A stretch of DNA of 64,000 nucleotides, taken from contig JAHDYR010000062.1 of assembly GCA_019828565.1 (NCBI GenBank), forward strand, positions 669,666-733,665. Direction: 5' to 3'. Origin of the DNA: Carpediemonas membranifera BICM (taxonomy: Eukaryota > Protista > Fornicata). The position numbers and the translations under genes were made by a program. The notes below the pieces were generated by a model. That model was not told the DNA's origin and did no database searches. It saw nothing but the letters and a program-made list of their open reading frames with translations. Shown here piece after piece: positions 11,259 to 22,084 of the stretch. Numbering within the stretch: position 1 is the first letter of the stretch; every line of letters begins with the position of its first letter.

Positions 11259-11511
11259 CTCACACCTGGTGGGACTTCCAGAGAGGCAGGAAAGCAGTGT
11301 TGCACGGAGATGGCCAAAGGGCCTCTGGGGCGAGTGGAATCGGCAGTAAGTGACAGTAGCCCAAGCTGAGCGCAGCTGACAGCTCAGTGAGGGCGGCGGC
11401 CGTGCCCCGGGAAGCTCAGCTCCAGGATAATGGGAGAACTACCATGAGAACCCGGGGCCTGATACCAGGCAAGCATAAATTTCTTACTTTCTTTCTCACA
11501 CCTGGTGGGAC
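11259..11511 (+). mobile_element. Short (219 bp) retroposon-like insertion with 17-bp target-site duplication and (TTTC)-type tail
   Basis: CTCACACCTGGTGGGAC occurs at 11259-11275 and 11495-11511. The insert ends CATAAATTTCTTACTTTCTTT, and a related 3' end lies at 45324-45410. Confidence 0.6.
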
Positions 11512-11587
11512 GGTGACTCTAAGCAAGCATGCCAGCTACTTTATAATTTTACGAGATCTATCCAATAAATCTCAGTATCAACAATAT

Positions 11588-12928
11588 CTAATGGATCCAC
11601 AGCGCTCCAATATCACGATCCCTCGCCATGGCAACCTTAGGGTACCCAGGACGCGGCAGCCGACGCCGAGCCTCTGCCACAGAGAGCATCACGGGCCGCC
11701 GGAACGCATTCGGGCAGACATTGGGCCTCGGGGGCTTGGGCATGTCTGGTTTGAATGGCATCAGCGCCCCCACGCGCCTGCTGTTCTCCTGCAATGCCGC
11801 CTTGTCGAGGGATGGGGAAGACTGGTTTAGGTGCTCGGCGATCGACCGAATCGGGCCTCCAATCTTGGGCAAGCGGGAGGTCGAGTCTGCGTTGGGGCTG
11901 CAGGCGAGCAGGGGTGCTTGGGCCCGCTTGGGCGATCCGTATTTAGGGGAGGGGAGGTTGACCACTAAATCACGGCCCTGGCGCTTAAACCTGATGGTAC
12001 TGATCATCCTAGCCTGCTGTGGGCTGGCCTGGAGCTGAGGCGGCTGTCCGTCGCTGCCGGGTCTGATCCTAGCAGTGGGAACCATGTGCAGTCGGGAACG
12101 GATCTCCTGCATCGAGAAGAGCTCCTCGACAGATAGGCGGCGCTTGGGATCGTGTGTGAGGCAGACATTGAGGACGTTATTGATGTCTGTCGAGTAGTGC
12201 GAGGCGATGGGCTGGCGGCGGCCGTAGAGGACTTTGTTGGCGAGGCCCTTGAGGTCGTGGGCCTCGTATGGGTGACGGAACGTCAGCATCTCATATAGTA
12301 CACAACCGAGGGACCACACATCACTCTTCTCGTCATATGGGTCTCGGTTCCACAGCTCTGGAGCAAGGTAGTACGGCGTGCCGATGACAGTCTTGGCAAG
12401 TTTGTCGTCAGCTTTGAGGAGCTTGGATACTCCCATATCCCCGAGCTTGATGATGCCATCTTCCATTAGAAAGACGTTCGCGCTCTTGAGATCGCGGTGT
12501 AAAATCTTGCGGCTGTGAAGATGTCTGAGAGCAAGCGCGATCTGAAGGAACATAGACCAGACCTGGGCCTCGTCGAAGAGGCGCCGCCGCTTCTTTCGCT
12601 CATATATGGCCTGGGCGAGGTCGCCCTTTGTCGCAAATTCCATGACGATGTGAAGCTTGTCCTTTTCGAAAAAGGAGTCACGGTATTTGCAGATGTTCTG
12701 GTGGGATACGCTGGCCATGAGGCGAATTTCATTCAATGCTTCCTGCTTTTCACGTGGAGACATGCTTCTCAAGTCCAGCTCTTTGATAGCGTACGTTTTG
12801 GACGGATCTGAACGGCGCTTGACTTTGTACACTGCTCCATATGACCCCTTTCCGATAAAGCTCACTATTTGAAAACCGTCCATTGGCGCAAGAAGGCGCT
12901 TTGCTTCGTATGGCGTATACGTGAGCAT
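11588..12928 (-). CDS. NIMA-related (NEK) Ser/Thr kinase
   Basis: GKGSYG, YAIK, EALNEIRLMAS, HRDLKSANVF, DMGVSK, GTPYYLAPE and SDVWSLGC. The start may be the second Met (12883). Confidence 0.95.
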   Translation of the reverse strand: MLTYTPYEAKRLLAPMDGFQIVSFIGKGSYGAVYKVKRRSDPSKTYAIKELDLRSMSPREKQEALNEIRLMASVSHQNICKYRDSFFEKDKLHIVMEFATKGDLAQAIYERKKRRRLFDEAQVWSMFLQIALALRHLHSRKILHRDLKSANVFLMEDGIIKLGDMGVSKLLKADDKLAKTVIGTPYYLAPELWNRDPYDEKSDVWSLGCVLYEMLTFRHPYEAHDLKGLANKVLYGRRQPIASHYSTDINNVLNVCLTHDPKRRLSVEELFSMQEIRSRLHMVPTARIRPGSDGQPPQLQASPQQARMISTIRFKRQGRDLVVNLPSPKYGSPKRAQAPLLACSPNADSTSRLPKIGGPIRSIAEHLNQSSPSLDKAALQENSRRVGALMPFKPDMPKPPRPNVCPNAFRRPVMLSVAEARRRLPRPGYPKVAMARDRDIGALWIH

Positions 12929-13114
12929 GTTATGTAACTCCAGCTTCGCATGTATACTGTAAAAATACAGTTCTTACTCCGTCGGAAAGCGGGGTTAGCT
13001 GTCGCTGTTACAATTCTCCAGCATCTTTAGTTTGCTGACAGTCGGCCCACCCCTGGTCCGAAGCAAGCGGAGGGAGCTCGTTGAGGTGGACGTGGCCGGG
13101 ATAAATGAACTACT

Positions 13115-13828
13115 TTATACTGCTCTCGCATTAATGCTTCGGCTGCACCAGCAGCACGTGACCCGCCTCCGGTTCGCGCTGACCATGGCCGACCGATGGC
13201 AGTGGGGGCACGTGACGGTGCGTTGCCTGGCGACGCCCTCGGGCAGGTCGACTGTCCGGCGCTGCGCCATCTCGCACTCGCCGCCATAGTGGGCCATGTG
13301 CTCTTCCTCGTTGGCCACGCGGAGCAGGCACTTGTGGCAGAAGTCCTGGCCGCAAGGACATCAAGACATCTTGCAGCTGTCCAGGTCGCCCTCGCGCGAC
13401 GTAAGCTCGCCGCATGTGGGGCAGCGGCGGATGAAGGGGACGTCCACAGCGGTGCCTCTGCCGAGCGTGACCAGGCGGCACGTCTGCAGGATGTCGTTCT
13501 GCTCAACGAGCATCCTGATCTCGGCGCGCGAGCATGCCTGCTGGCGCCGCGGGATGACGTGGAAGTTGGCGGCCGCGCCTACTGTGGCAGGGGCCGAGTC
13601 GAGCACCGCCTGGCCGGGGGCTGCACGGGAGATCTTGTGCAGTTCTTCCTCGGAGTCGAACGCGAAGACTTCGGGCGCGGGGTTCGCCTTAACGGCGTAG
13701 AAAACTTCGGTCTTAGGGAGGTACCGGCGCATGGCGCGGTAGTTCTGACGGACGACGTCGAGATCGATCACTAGGCACGGAGTGGCGGGCTTGTTATCCA
13801 CCAGGAACTTCTGAATGCGCTTGTTCAT
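13115..13828 (-). pseudogene. Chimeric relic: bacterial-type ornithine decarboxylase N-terminus (internally deleted) fused to IBR/RBR-like zinc-finger fragments
   Basis: TPCLVIDLDVVRQNY..VFYAVKANPAPEV is joined directly to FAFDSEEELHKI. It is followed by RRCPTC..SCKMS*CPCGQDFCHKC and TCPHC..CCWC, with an in-frame stop. Confidence 0.7.
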
Positions 13829-13860
13829 TGCTATTCGCTCTTGTGCTGTTAGTAGCTGCC

Positions 13861-14154
13861 GCAGGACTCATTCTGAGATGGTTTGGTTCATTTTAGTCAG
13901 GGCAAGTCAGGCCAACTGCGCTGTCGAGGGGAAGGATTTACTGGCGCGGGGCCCGCCCACCAAGGGACCAGATGTGGTCCCACTCGGCCACAAGGGGCCG
14001 AGTGGTGGTGCGGACCTCCATGCCTCGATCACCGCGCCAGTAAATGCTGCTTTGCAAGCTCACGACGTCACGCCGCCTGGGCTATGTGCCCATTGGCTAG
14101 TCGGCCGGGCAGACCTCTAACCCGACCAGTGGACCCAGTCCTGTGCCTAATCAC
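13861..14154 (+). ncRNA. Candidate ~295-nt rod-like structured RNA, unclassified
   Basis: Nested stems, including the perfect 14-bp ATTTACTGGCGCGG/CCGCGCCAGTAAAT (13936-13949/14032-14045), with inner hairpins at 13964-13981 and 13980-14005. Non-Watson-Crick pairs are G-U on the + strand. Confidence 0.55.
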
Positions 14155-14973
14155 GACGATTCTCACGTCGTGCGGTCCCCTGTCCACAAGACACGTCTGT
14201 CTTATGCCTGCTCACTCATGCGCCATGATATCAGCCGCCCTTGTCAGCCTGGCGGCCACGCCTTGGATGCTGCGGCCATGGGCAGGCCTTTGTATACGCC
14301 GAGACTCTCCGCCTAACAGTCATGCACGTGGTGCAGAAGAGGTTTGGCAGCGCGGATTGCTCAAAGGTCCCCGCTGTTCTCATGGAGCGTTTCCCCGTCA
14401 TCTCTTTGAGTACCGCGCACGGCCTTGTGGGCAGCGATCTCCTCGGGCGCGCTGAAGGCGAACGTGCCGATGTTCACTCCGGTCGCCGTCGCGTTCACGG
14501 CCGAGGCTGTCTCAAAGTCGACGAGCACGGGGTGGCCCTCGCGCAGCATGACGTTCTCGGGCTTGTGGTCGCGGTGGCAGACGCCCGCGCTGTGCAGGTC
14601 GTGGATCGCGCCATCCGACATTCTGATCACGGGCGAACTCGGGGCGGCCATGGTGATGCGGAGATCTCGTGGGGCGACCTGCGATGAGGCCACGCGAGAG
14701 ACGACCTGCCTCAGCTGGTCGATTGTCACGTCAACCAGGACAACGTCCGAGACGGCACCCGAGCAGAAGTCGGCAATAAGCCGGTCGCATCTGCATGCGT
14801 TAAAGAGCTTGATGAGCTTGCCCAGGTCGGCGTCCTTGGAGTCTGTCTTGGCGAACTTGTCCTCCAACCAGACTCTGGCGGCAGGGCGGGTCAGCGTCAT
14901 AGCAAAGGAGCGGGGCAGACCAGTGGCGATGAAGTGGAGGAGGATACGAGCTAGATCGCTGCAGAGAGTCTAA

Positions 14974-14986
14974 TAAGATAAGGTAA

Positions 14987-15027
<41 letters not shown>
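14974..15027 (+). repeat. TAAGATAAGGTAAGG followed by (TAA)13 microsatellite
   Basis: Read directly from the sequence. Confidence 0.9.
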
Positions 15028-15028
<1 letters not shown>

Positions 15029-15110
15029 CAAGTGGACACGGTTGATGGCGATGTCGGCGTCGGGGGCGACTGGGCTGGAGCAGAGCTGGTTGACGGTGGC
15101 CAGGAACTGG

Positions 15111-15128
15111 TGTGTGTGTGTGTGTGTG
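15111..15128 (+). repeat. (TG)9 microsatellite
   Basis: Read directly from the sequence, at the end of the last WD40 repeat. Confidence 0.9.
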
Positions 15129-16652
15129 TTCCAGACCTTGACTGTCTTGTCTGTGGATCCAGACACGATGACATCGCCGTTCCTGGCGAAGGCGACATCC
15201 ATAATATCGCCACTGTGCCCTGAGAGCGTCCTAATCAGCTCTCCGGTCGCGACGTCCCACTGTTTGACAGTCTTGTCTGCAGAACCAGACACCAGAGTCC
15301 TGCCGTCTGGGGAGAAGGCGAAGCTCCACCCGTATTCGGCGTGCCCATCAAGGGTCCGAGTCAGCTGGCCGGTTGCGGAGTCCCAGAACTTGATACAGTT
15401 ATTGCTGCCGGCCGCGATAGTGCCATCTGGTGACACAGCAATGATGTTGATTTCTTCATCAGTTTTCATGGTCCTGATGCACTCTCCAGTGGCGGAGTTC
15501 CATTGCTTAACCTTGCGGTCCCAACCTGCAGAGTAAATGGTCGAGCCATCAGGGGAAATGGCCACGCTAACCACGCGATTATCATGCCCTGTTAGTGTCA
15601 GCCTGCACTGCCCTCTCGACGTCCCAGATCTTGGCCGTCTTGTCATTCGATCCGGAGACCAGGGTGCGGCCATCAGACGAGAATGCAAGGCAGTTCACAC
15701 GATTATTGTGCTCGCCGAGGGTCTTGATACGCCGGCCTGTTTCTGCGTCCCAGAGTTTGATGCAATTATCATCACCACCAGAGGCGATGGTCGACCCGTT
15801 CGGCGACACGTCCATGTTCCAAACACAATCTCCATGCACCATAGTCTTCAAGCACCGATTGCTACACCAGTGCCACCGCTTGATGCCATTGTGCGATGCT
15901 GTGATGATGCTGTCGTCACAGTTGATGTTGTCATCTGGGGCGGCGACAGCATACACAACGCTTCTATGCCCCTTAAGTGTAGAAAAGCACGTATCATCGG
16001 CCATAGACCGCGTCCCCCATGAATAGAGCACGAGCTGAACACCGTAGTTCGCATGGTTTGCTACGAGTCTGCCACACATCGGCTTGACTGAAACAACAGC
16101 TCAGTGAACTCCATACTAAGCTTCTCGGGTTCTATCCTCTCGCTGAGAAGGTACTGGATGACCTTCTCGAGGTCCTGGATGGTGATCGGCGTCTCGCCAC
16201 GCTTGTGGATCTGGATGCCCTCGGTGCCGGGACGCTCAGAGCTTGCGGTGCGGATTTGTGCATCTACAGCTCTGCAGTCGTTGCTGCGTGAGAATGCGGC
16301 CTCGATACGAACCACTGGCTGTGTAATCTCGGAAATTGACGGATCAAACGCGTCAGGCGTGCTGTGTGAGGGATTTTTGATGCTGATTTGGCTGTGTCGT
16401 ACCATCTGTGTGAGAATCGCTGGAAACCGCGAACCTTGGCATCGTCGCTCCATGCTTGTTTCGAAGAAACTCGACAAAGTCATCCGAGTCGAATGTGGTG
16501 ACAAGCGGCGAGCCGACACCATGCCAGCAGCGGTCCTTCATGGAGACACCGGACAGCGACACTAGCTTGTTCGAGTCTGACCATATTTGGGCAACAAGAG
16601 AGTGAACCTCCTTCACAGTCCAAATCCCTAATATCCGCATATTTACGCTAAA

Positions 16653-18080
16653 TTACTCCTCCTTGGCCGCCTTCTTCGCTGCCTTCTGTGCCTTCCGCTC
16701 TAGGTATCCGGGGGGCAACACGGACCAGGGGATAACGCCTCTCACGTAGTCGTCGATCATGATCTTGGCCACCTCGCCAATGTTAACCTTACCGCCCTCA
16801 ATAAGTCGGCCGCGACGCCGGCCGAACGCCTTCATAAAGGCCTTGGGGGTCCGCTTCACCATCGGCTCCTTGATGTCGTAAACCTCGACGAGCTTGTCGA
16901 AGCCCGCCCGCTCAAGGATGGCACCGACGTACTGGGCGGGGTCATCGATGTTCTCACTGCGGACCACACCTCTGAGGACGATGTCAGCGTCAGACAGGTC
17001 TGGGTCAGGTGAAACGATGCCGGGCGAGTCGATGAGGAAGATCTTCTGGGTGAGCGAGACGTACTGCCACACCTTCGTCTCGCCAGCGATCGGGGCGACC
17101 GAGCAGACGGTCTTCTGCTTCAGGGTGTTGATGATCGAGCTCTTGCCCGTATTGGGGTAGCCGACAAAGCTGACGCTGATGGTCTTCCGGTCCTTGAAGT
17201 TCTTCGGCATCTGCTCGAGGAGCTGCTGGAGCGCCTCAACGCCGAAGCCGCGGTCCTGGGCAGGGCGGCGGTTCTTCGTCTTGCGGTGCTGGGCAGAGAG
17301 GCTCGTGTGGAAGGCTACGGTGGGGTGGTCCCTGCGGAGCACGTTCACCCACCCCTTGAGCTGGCCTGGGCTGACGAGGTCCGACTTGTTGATGACGAAG
17401 ATCATCTTGCGGTGGGCGTTCTCGGGCTGCTTCATGTACTTCTCCATCATCTTTGACCGGGTGCCCATGGGGTCGCGGGCGTCCAAGACTTGCACGACAA
17501 CATCAGAGGAGTCGATGACCTTGTAGAACTCAGCGAGGATGCGGCGAGACTGACCTGCCTTCAGTGACCAGTGGCGGCCCTCGTCTCGGGCCTCCTCCTC
17601 GGCAGTGGTGTGCTCAAAGCCCTCGGTGCGGCCCTTGGCGTCCTCTACCATCTTGTCCATGTCGAAGTTAGCGAGCTTCGGGCGCTTGCGAGTGGAAGAC
17701 TTGCCGAAAGTCTTGTCGAAGCTCTCAACCTCGAGGATCTTGACGCGGTTACCTTCGAAGCGGTCGGCGAGGAGAGCGGTAGGCAGTTTCTTATGCCGTA
17801 CGACCATGCTATAGGGATCGGCTTCCTTCGCCTCCATTTCTTCACGGAACGTTGCGAGATCCTTCTGTCCGATGACGCGGGTGTTCTCAAACCACATCCG
17901 GTTGGGTGCTATGCGGCCATCTAGCTTATCTAAGTCCTTCACAAGTGCGCCAGAGACAATCTTGCCTTTGGAATCTCGCTTCTGCTTCGAGTTATACATC
18001 TTGAGCCTCTTCTCCACCTGTTTCGTGTGGCCATGCTTGTGTTGCTTGGCCTTCATGCTTTTCTTGGCGACTGAGAACAT
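16653..18080 (-). CDS. NOG2: Nucleolar GTP-binding protein 2 (circularly permuted GTPase)
   Basis: NGP1NT region (RIAPNRMWFENTRVIGQ), KAGQSRRI, VIDSSDVVVQVLDARDPMGTRS, NKSD, GYPNTGKSS and DSPG. Confidence 0.95.
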   Translation of the reverse strand: MFSVAKKSMKAKQHKHGHTKQVEKRLKMYNSKQKRDSKGKIVSGALVKDLDKLDGRIAPNRMWFENTRVIGQKDLATFREEMEAKEADPYSMVVRHKKLPTALLADRFEGNRVKILEVESFDKTFGKSSTRKRPKLANFDMDKMVEDAKGRTEGFEHTTAEEEARDEGRHWSLKAGQSRRILAEFYKVIDSSDVVVQVLDARDPMGTRSKMMEKYMKQPENAHRKMIFVINKSDLVSPGQLKGWVNVLRRDHPTVAFHTSLSAQHRKTKNRRPAQDRGFGVEALQQLLEQMPKNFKDRKTISVSFVGYPNTGKSSIINTLKQKTVCSVAPIAGETKVWQYVSLTQKIFLIDSPGIVSPDPDLSDADIVLRGVVRSENIDDPAQYVGAILERAGFDKLVEVYDIKEPMVKRTPKAFMKAFGRRRGRLIEGGKVNIGEVAKIMIDDYVRGVIPWSVLPPGYLERKAQKAAKKAAKEE

Positions 18081-18417
18081 CGAGAAGGTACTTCTACTTG
18101 AACCACACGTCGGTTGTGTCTTAAAGTGCGGTGGCCATAGTGGAGACACCGTAAGGGTAGAAGTAGTTCTGCCGTTGAGGTGCTGATTGTAAACATCCGT
18201 GTTGCTGGGCTTGGAACTTCACGGTGCCACAACAACTGATTGACTCGTGAAAACGCAGCAGTTTTGAGTCAGCCACGCACCCATTGGGTTGTGTTAATGC
18301 CTGCCCGGCTTCTTGTGGCGAAACAATCAAATGACTTTCGGGATCCATCGAGATATTCGCCTTTTCTGGCTATGCCGCGATACGATTTTCGCCAACACCA
18401 TCACCAATCCCGAACAC

Positions 18418-21163
18418 ATGCAGTTTCTGCTTCTTACGCTGATACTGCTTTTGACAGTAGTTTTCTGTCATCCTTATGATCAAAGATCCATTGTGGTTGT
18501 CTTTTCAACCGCTCACAGTGACAATATTGCGCCATTCGAGGAAACGGGATGCCGTATGCTGTCAATTTCACCTCCAAGAAGCTACACCTTCTTCTGCGAG
18601 GCTTTTAATGAGTCTCTTACCCATCTGTCGACCGTAGAGAGCATCTCCCTGCAACCCTTGCCAGTGCTCTTGGACCACGCCACTACCGATGTCGATGGTC
18701 GAGCCAACAGGAAGGTGTCATCACTCGGCATCCACCGGGATGTTGTAGGCCAGTACGCCCACCTTGAAACCGTCGATCACATCGTGCTTTCATTCCACCG
18801 CAGTCTGACGGACGAGGAGGTCGCGTCGTTCAACACAACACTCACAGCCGCCCTTGTCGCCGCAGACATGCCCCCTGCCCTCGTCGAGCGCCACTTCTCT
18901 TCAGGTATCGTGCTCGGCTTCACTGGCGTCGACGCAGCTGCGGTGTCATCAGTTATTGCCGAGCTCGATCTGCCCAACCTTCACTTCATATCCAGATCCG
19001 GTCAAGCTATGACTGACAACGCATATGCTGCGTCATATATTCAAGGCAGCTCGCGATCCGACCGCCAAACCGCCCCGATGCACAACCCCCACCCCCTGTG
19101 GGACCTCGGGGTCGACGGCACGGGCATCGTCGTCGGCGTGGGAGACACGGGCATGGCTCACGACCACTGCATGTTCTACGACGACGCTGTGCCGTTCCAG
19201 AATGACACGTACCAGCCGAACCACCGCAAGATCGTGTACTACGACACCAGCGTGACCGGTGACAATGTCGACGGCAACGGTCACGGTTCACACGTGGTCG
19301 GATCGATTCTCGGCAGCCCCAGCGACAGCACCGACCCCGGCGTCATCTACCAGGGCATGGCACCAGGCGCCAAGGCGTACTTCATTGACCTCGGGGCAGA
19401 CGGCCACCTTATAACCCCCACCAACCTGTTCATCGACTACTACCACCGTGCTTACAGTCGTGGGGCGACTGTGATGTCGAGCTCCTGGGGTGGGTTGTAC
19501 GACTATCCCGTATACTACTCCGACGCTTACTACACCGACTACGCGGCTTACTACATGAGGAATTTGACGATACTCTTCTCAGCTGGAAACGCAGGGGAGA
19601 CTATAGGGCCATATAGCATCGTCCTACCGCATCTGGCGAAGAACTCGACCACCGTTGGGGCGTACGACAATGCGTGGTCACGACTCTTGGATCGACATAT
19701 TCTGCTCCAACCTCACCAGCGTCGCGAAGTCGTGCGCGGATGGCGCGTGCGACGGGTTTTGCTCCATCTTCTCGCGTGTTCCTGCAAGCCCTCTCACTGC
19801 ATCCAGCTCACTTGCGCCGTTTTCCTCTGTTGGCGGTGGCCTCGACGGTCGTATCAAGCCCGAAATCGTATCCCCAGGCTATTACATCATATCTGCCAAT
19901 AACACAGGGTCGACCGGCCTGACCTGCGATATGAGTGATTCATTTGCTGCCAATATGGGCACATCGATGGCGACCCCTGTGGCAGCTGGCGGCGTGGCGC
20001 TCCTTCAGGACTTCATCAGCCGGGGCATGCACTACGACGGCCGCACCCCCAACAACACGGCCGCCTTCTTCCCCTCCAGCGCACTGGTCAGGGCGACCCT
20101 GATCGCGAGTGCCCAGAGCATGGATGGAGTCGTCCCCATTCTCAACAGGGCGGGCGACGACTCCTACTATGTCCCATTCTCACAGTTCGCCAACCCCGCG
20201 GTGCCCAATGATTACCGCGGCTGGGGCCGGATGGGTCTTTATAACTTGATCAAGAGCCGCCTCATCCTCAAGGACGAGAAGGATCTCCCAAGTTTCACCA
20301 CAGACCGCACCGAGCAGCACTTCACGTTCGACGTCACAGCTCCCGGCCACACCCTGGACATCGCTATGAGCTGGATCGACCCGCCACAGTCGATGCCGAG
20401 GACCCTGGCGTTCACAGAGGCGACCACCTTCACCGTACTGCACCACTTCGTGATGTGGATCCGGACTCCGTCAGGGAAATACTTTACTGGTAACATCCCG
20501 ATCGAGGCGAATTATTTATGGGAAGATTTGGACAATGTCAACCACAGAATACGTCTTAAGAACGCTGAATCCGGCACATACTCTCTCTGGATCGCAGCCC
20601 GAGGCGAGGTCTATGCCCCACAGCCTGTTGCCATCGCAGTCATCGGCTCGGTCGACCCGGACACCTGGGCCGAGGGCGACGAGCCGCTTCAGCCCTGCGT
20701 CGGTGGGTGCGGTGTGGGACAGTGTGTCAACAATACGTGCTCGTGCCCGCCGCACTTCTACGGCCCCGGGTGCGGCAAGAAGGCGATGGAGTACACGGGT
20801 ACGGGAGATCGCACGATTGGCTCCTTCACGTATTATGCCCCACTCGTGATATCGTTCTCGGAGGATGTCATCAAGAGCTTGCCCAACTACAAAGCGATCA
20901 TCACCATCACGAAGACGTCCGTCGCCTGCCTCGACTGCTCGGTCGGGTCGAAGATTGAGCCCTTCTCCGTCTCACTGGAAAGCCAGGACGGCGTTGTCGT
21001 CGAGAAGGAGCATGCGCTGCCTGCTAGGAGAGCCAGTGCTTCGAGAGATGTGTGGTTCGACCTCAGTGACTTCGCAGAGTCGCCATCGAGCACCTTCCCA
21101 GTTGTGATGACGCTGGCCAGCACTGACAAGATCAACATCCTCACCGCATCCCGAAAGAAGTAG
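18418..21163 (+). CDS. Secreted subtilisin-like S8 protease (KP-43/Tag-like) with EGF domain; frameshift near 19670
   Basis: Signal peptide MQFLLLTLILLL, catalytic triad GVGDTG / GHGSHVVG / GTSMATP, FSAGN and GRIKPEIVSPG. The triad is split over two frames. Confidence 0.88.
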
Positions 21164-21633
21164 GGCTGCCTGTATTTGTAAAAAATGTGATGGGAGAATC
21201 GGCCGCGACGGGTCGGGGCTTCGTCGAATTGGAGCTGGCCTGTGGAATCGACCCGGAATCTTTCGATTGAATTGATCGTGAGCTATCGAATATCACAGCA
21301 CGATGAGAACCATTCTCGTCCAGATTCCACAGTCGACATTACCATCACCCCCAGTCAGTCCCATGATCTGACCCTGGAATACAGCTCAGTCGCTACCACG
21401 ATTAACACCGCAGATTCATCGAATCAAGGCGACACTGACTTGAATAACAGAAGGTGTGAGTACAGCGCGGAGCCCGACGGGCCTGACGAGGCAATCGGTC
21501 GAAGGCACTGAATCGTTGGTCTGTCGGAGAGGGGTTGAAGTTTTAACTGAGGAGGTCAGAAGCCATGGCATAGACCGAAGGTAGCTTTAGCGGCCAGGTA
21601 AGCCCTAGCGTCACCCTCGTCAAGGGTAAATCA

Positions 21634-22017
21634 ATGTGCAGTTTTGCCATCAATCTTGACACGACGAAAACCATGATTCCCGATCCTTCAAACTGTGAGC
21701 CCGATGCTGTGGCAGTGAACATGCTTACCCAGTACTTCAATGAGTTCATTCTTTCCACAGAATCCCTCTCTCCCGCAGAGATCCAGTCCGAAGCCCAGCG
21801 TGTGGGCAAGCGGTTGTACATCATCAACCGCAGTCGCGGAAGTACCGCTTCAAACGAAATGTCTGATATGGTGACTAAGGTTGTGGACCAGTTGGAGGAG
21901 CGCAAGGTCGAGGACAAGGCCCGCTACGACGCGCTCAACTTCCTCCTCGATTTCATCAACGGAAGCGCTTACGACAGCGAGCCTGACGTCCGGAAGCGCA
22001 TCCGGAGCCATTTGTAA
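21634..22017 (+). CDS. Hypothetical protein
   Basis: Coding-like codon use in the 3' half, no recognised motif, start uncertain. Confidence 0.45.
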   Translation: MCSFAINLDTTKTMIPDPSNCEPDAVAVNMLTQYFNEFILSTESLSPAEIQSEAQRVGKRLYIINRSRGSTASNEMSDMVTKVVDQLEERKVEDKARYDALNFLLDFINGSAYDSEPDVRKRIRSHL

Positions 22018-22084
22018 AGTGTATTTCCCCTTGCTATTCCCCTGCTGGACTGGGTGGGCTGCCAAAATCACAGTCGTTTACATC

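Larger units (their letters stand above)
14361..16522 (-). pseudogene. Fragmented WD40 + kinase gene, paralog of 25484-28897
   Basis: WD40 repeats (GH..V..V..SPDG..SGS.DKT.K.W) are spread over shifted frames. The shared DLxRxL..P..FxMxLTxP domain is present, the kinase (HRDHKPEN, VDFET, SAPEE) is truncated, and microsatellites interrupt the gene. Confidence 0.75.

Noticed and set aside
13861-14154. Assignment as SRP RNA, RNase P/MRP or telomerase RNA (CTAACCC at ~14117)
   Set aside because: There is no helix-8 motif and no P4 pseudoknot, and the template-like heptamer is too short and lies in a paired region. Left unclassified.
14951-15030. Poly-Ile transmembrane segment
   Set aside because: It is the translation of an (ATT)13 microsatellite.
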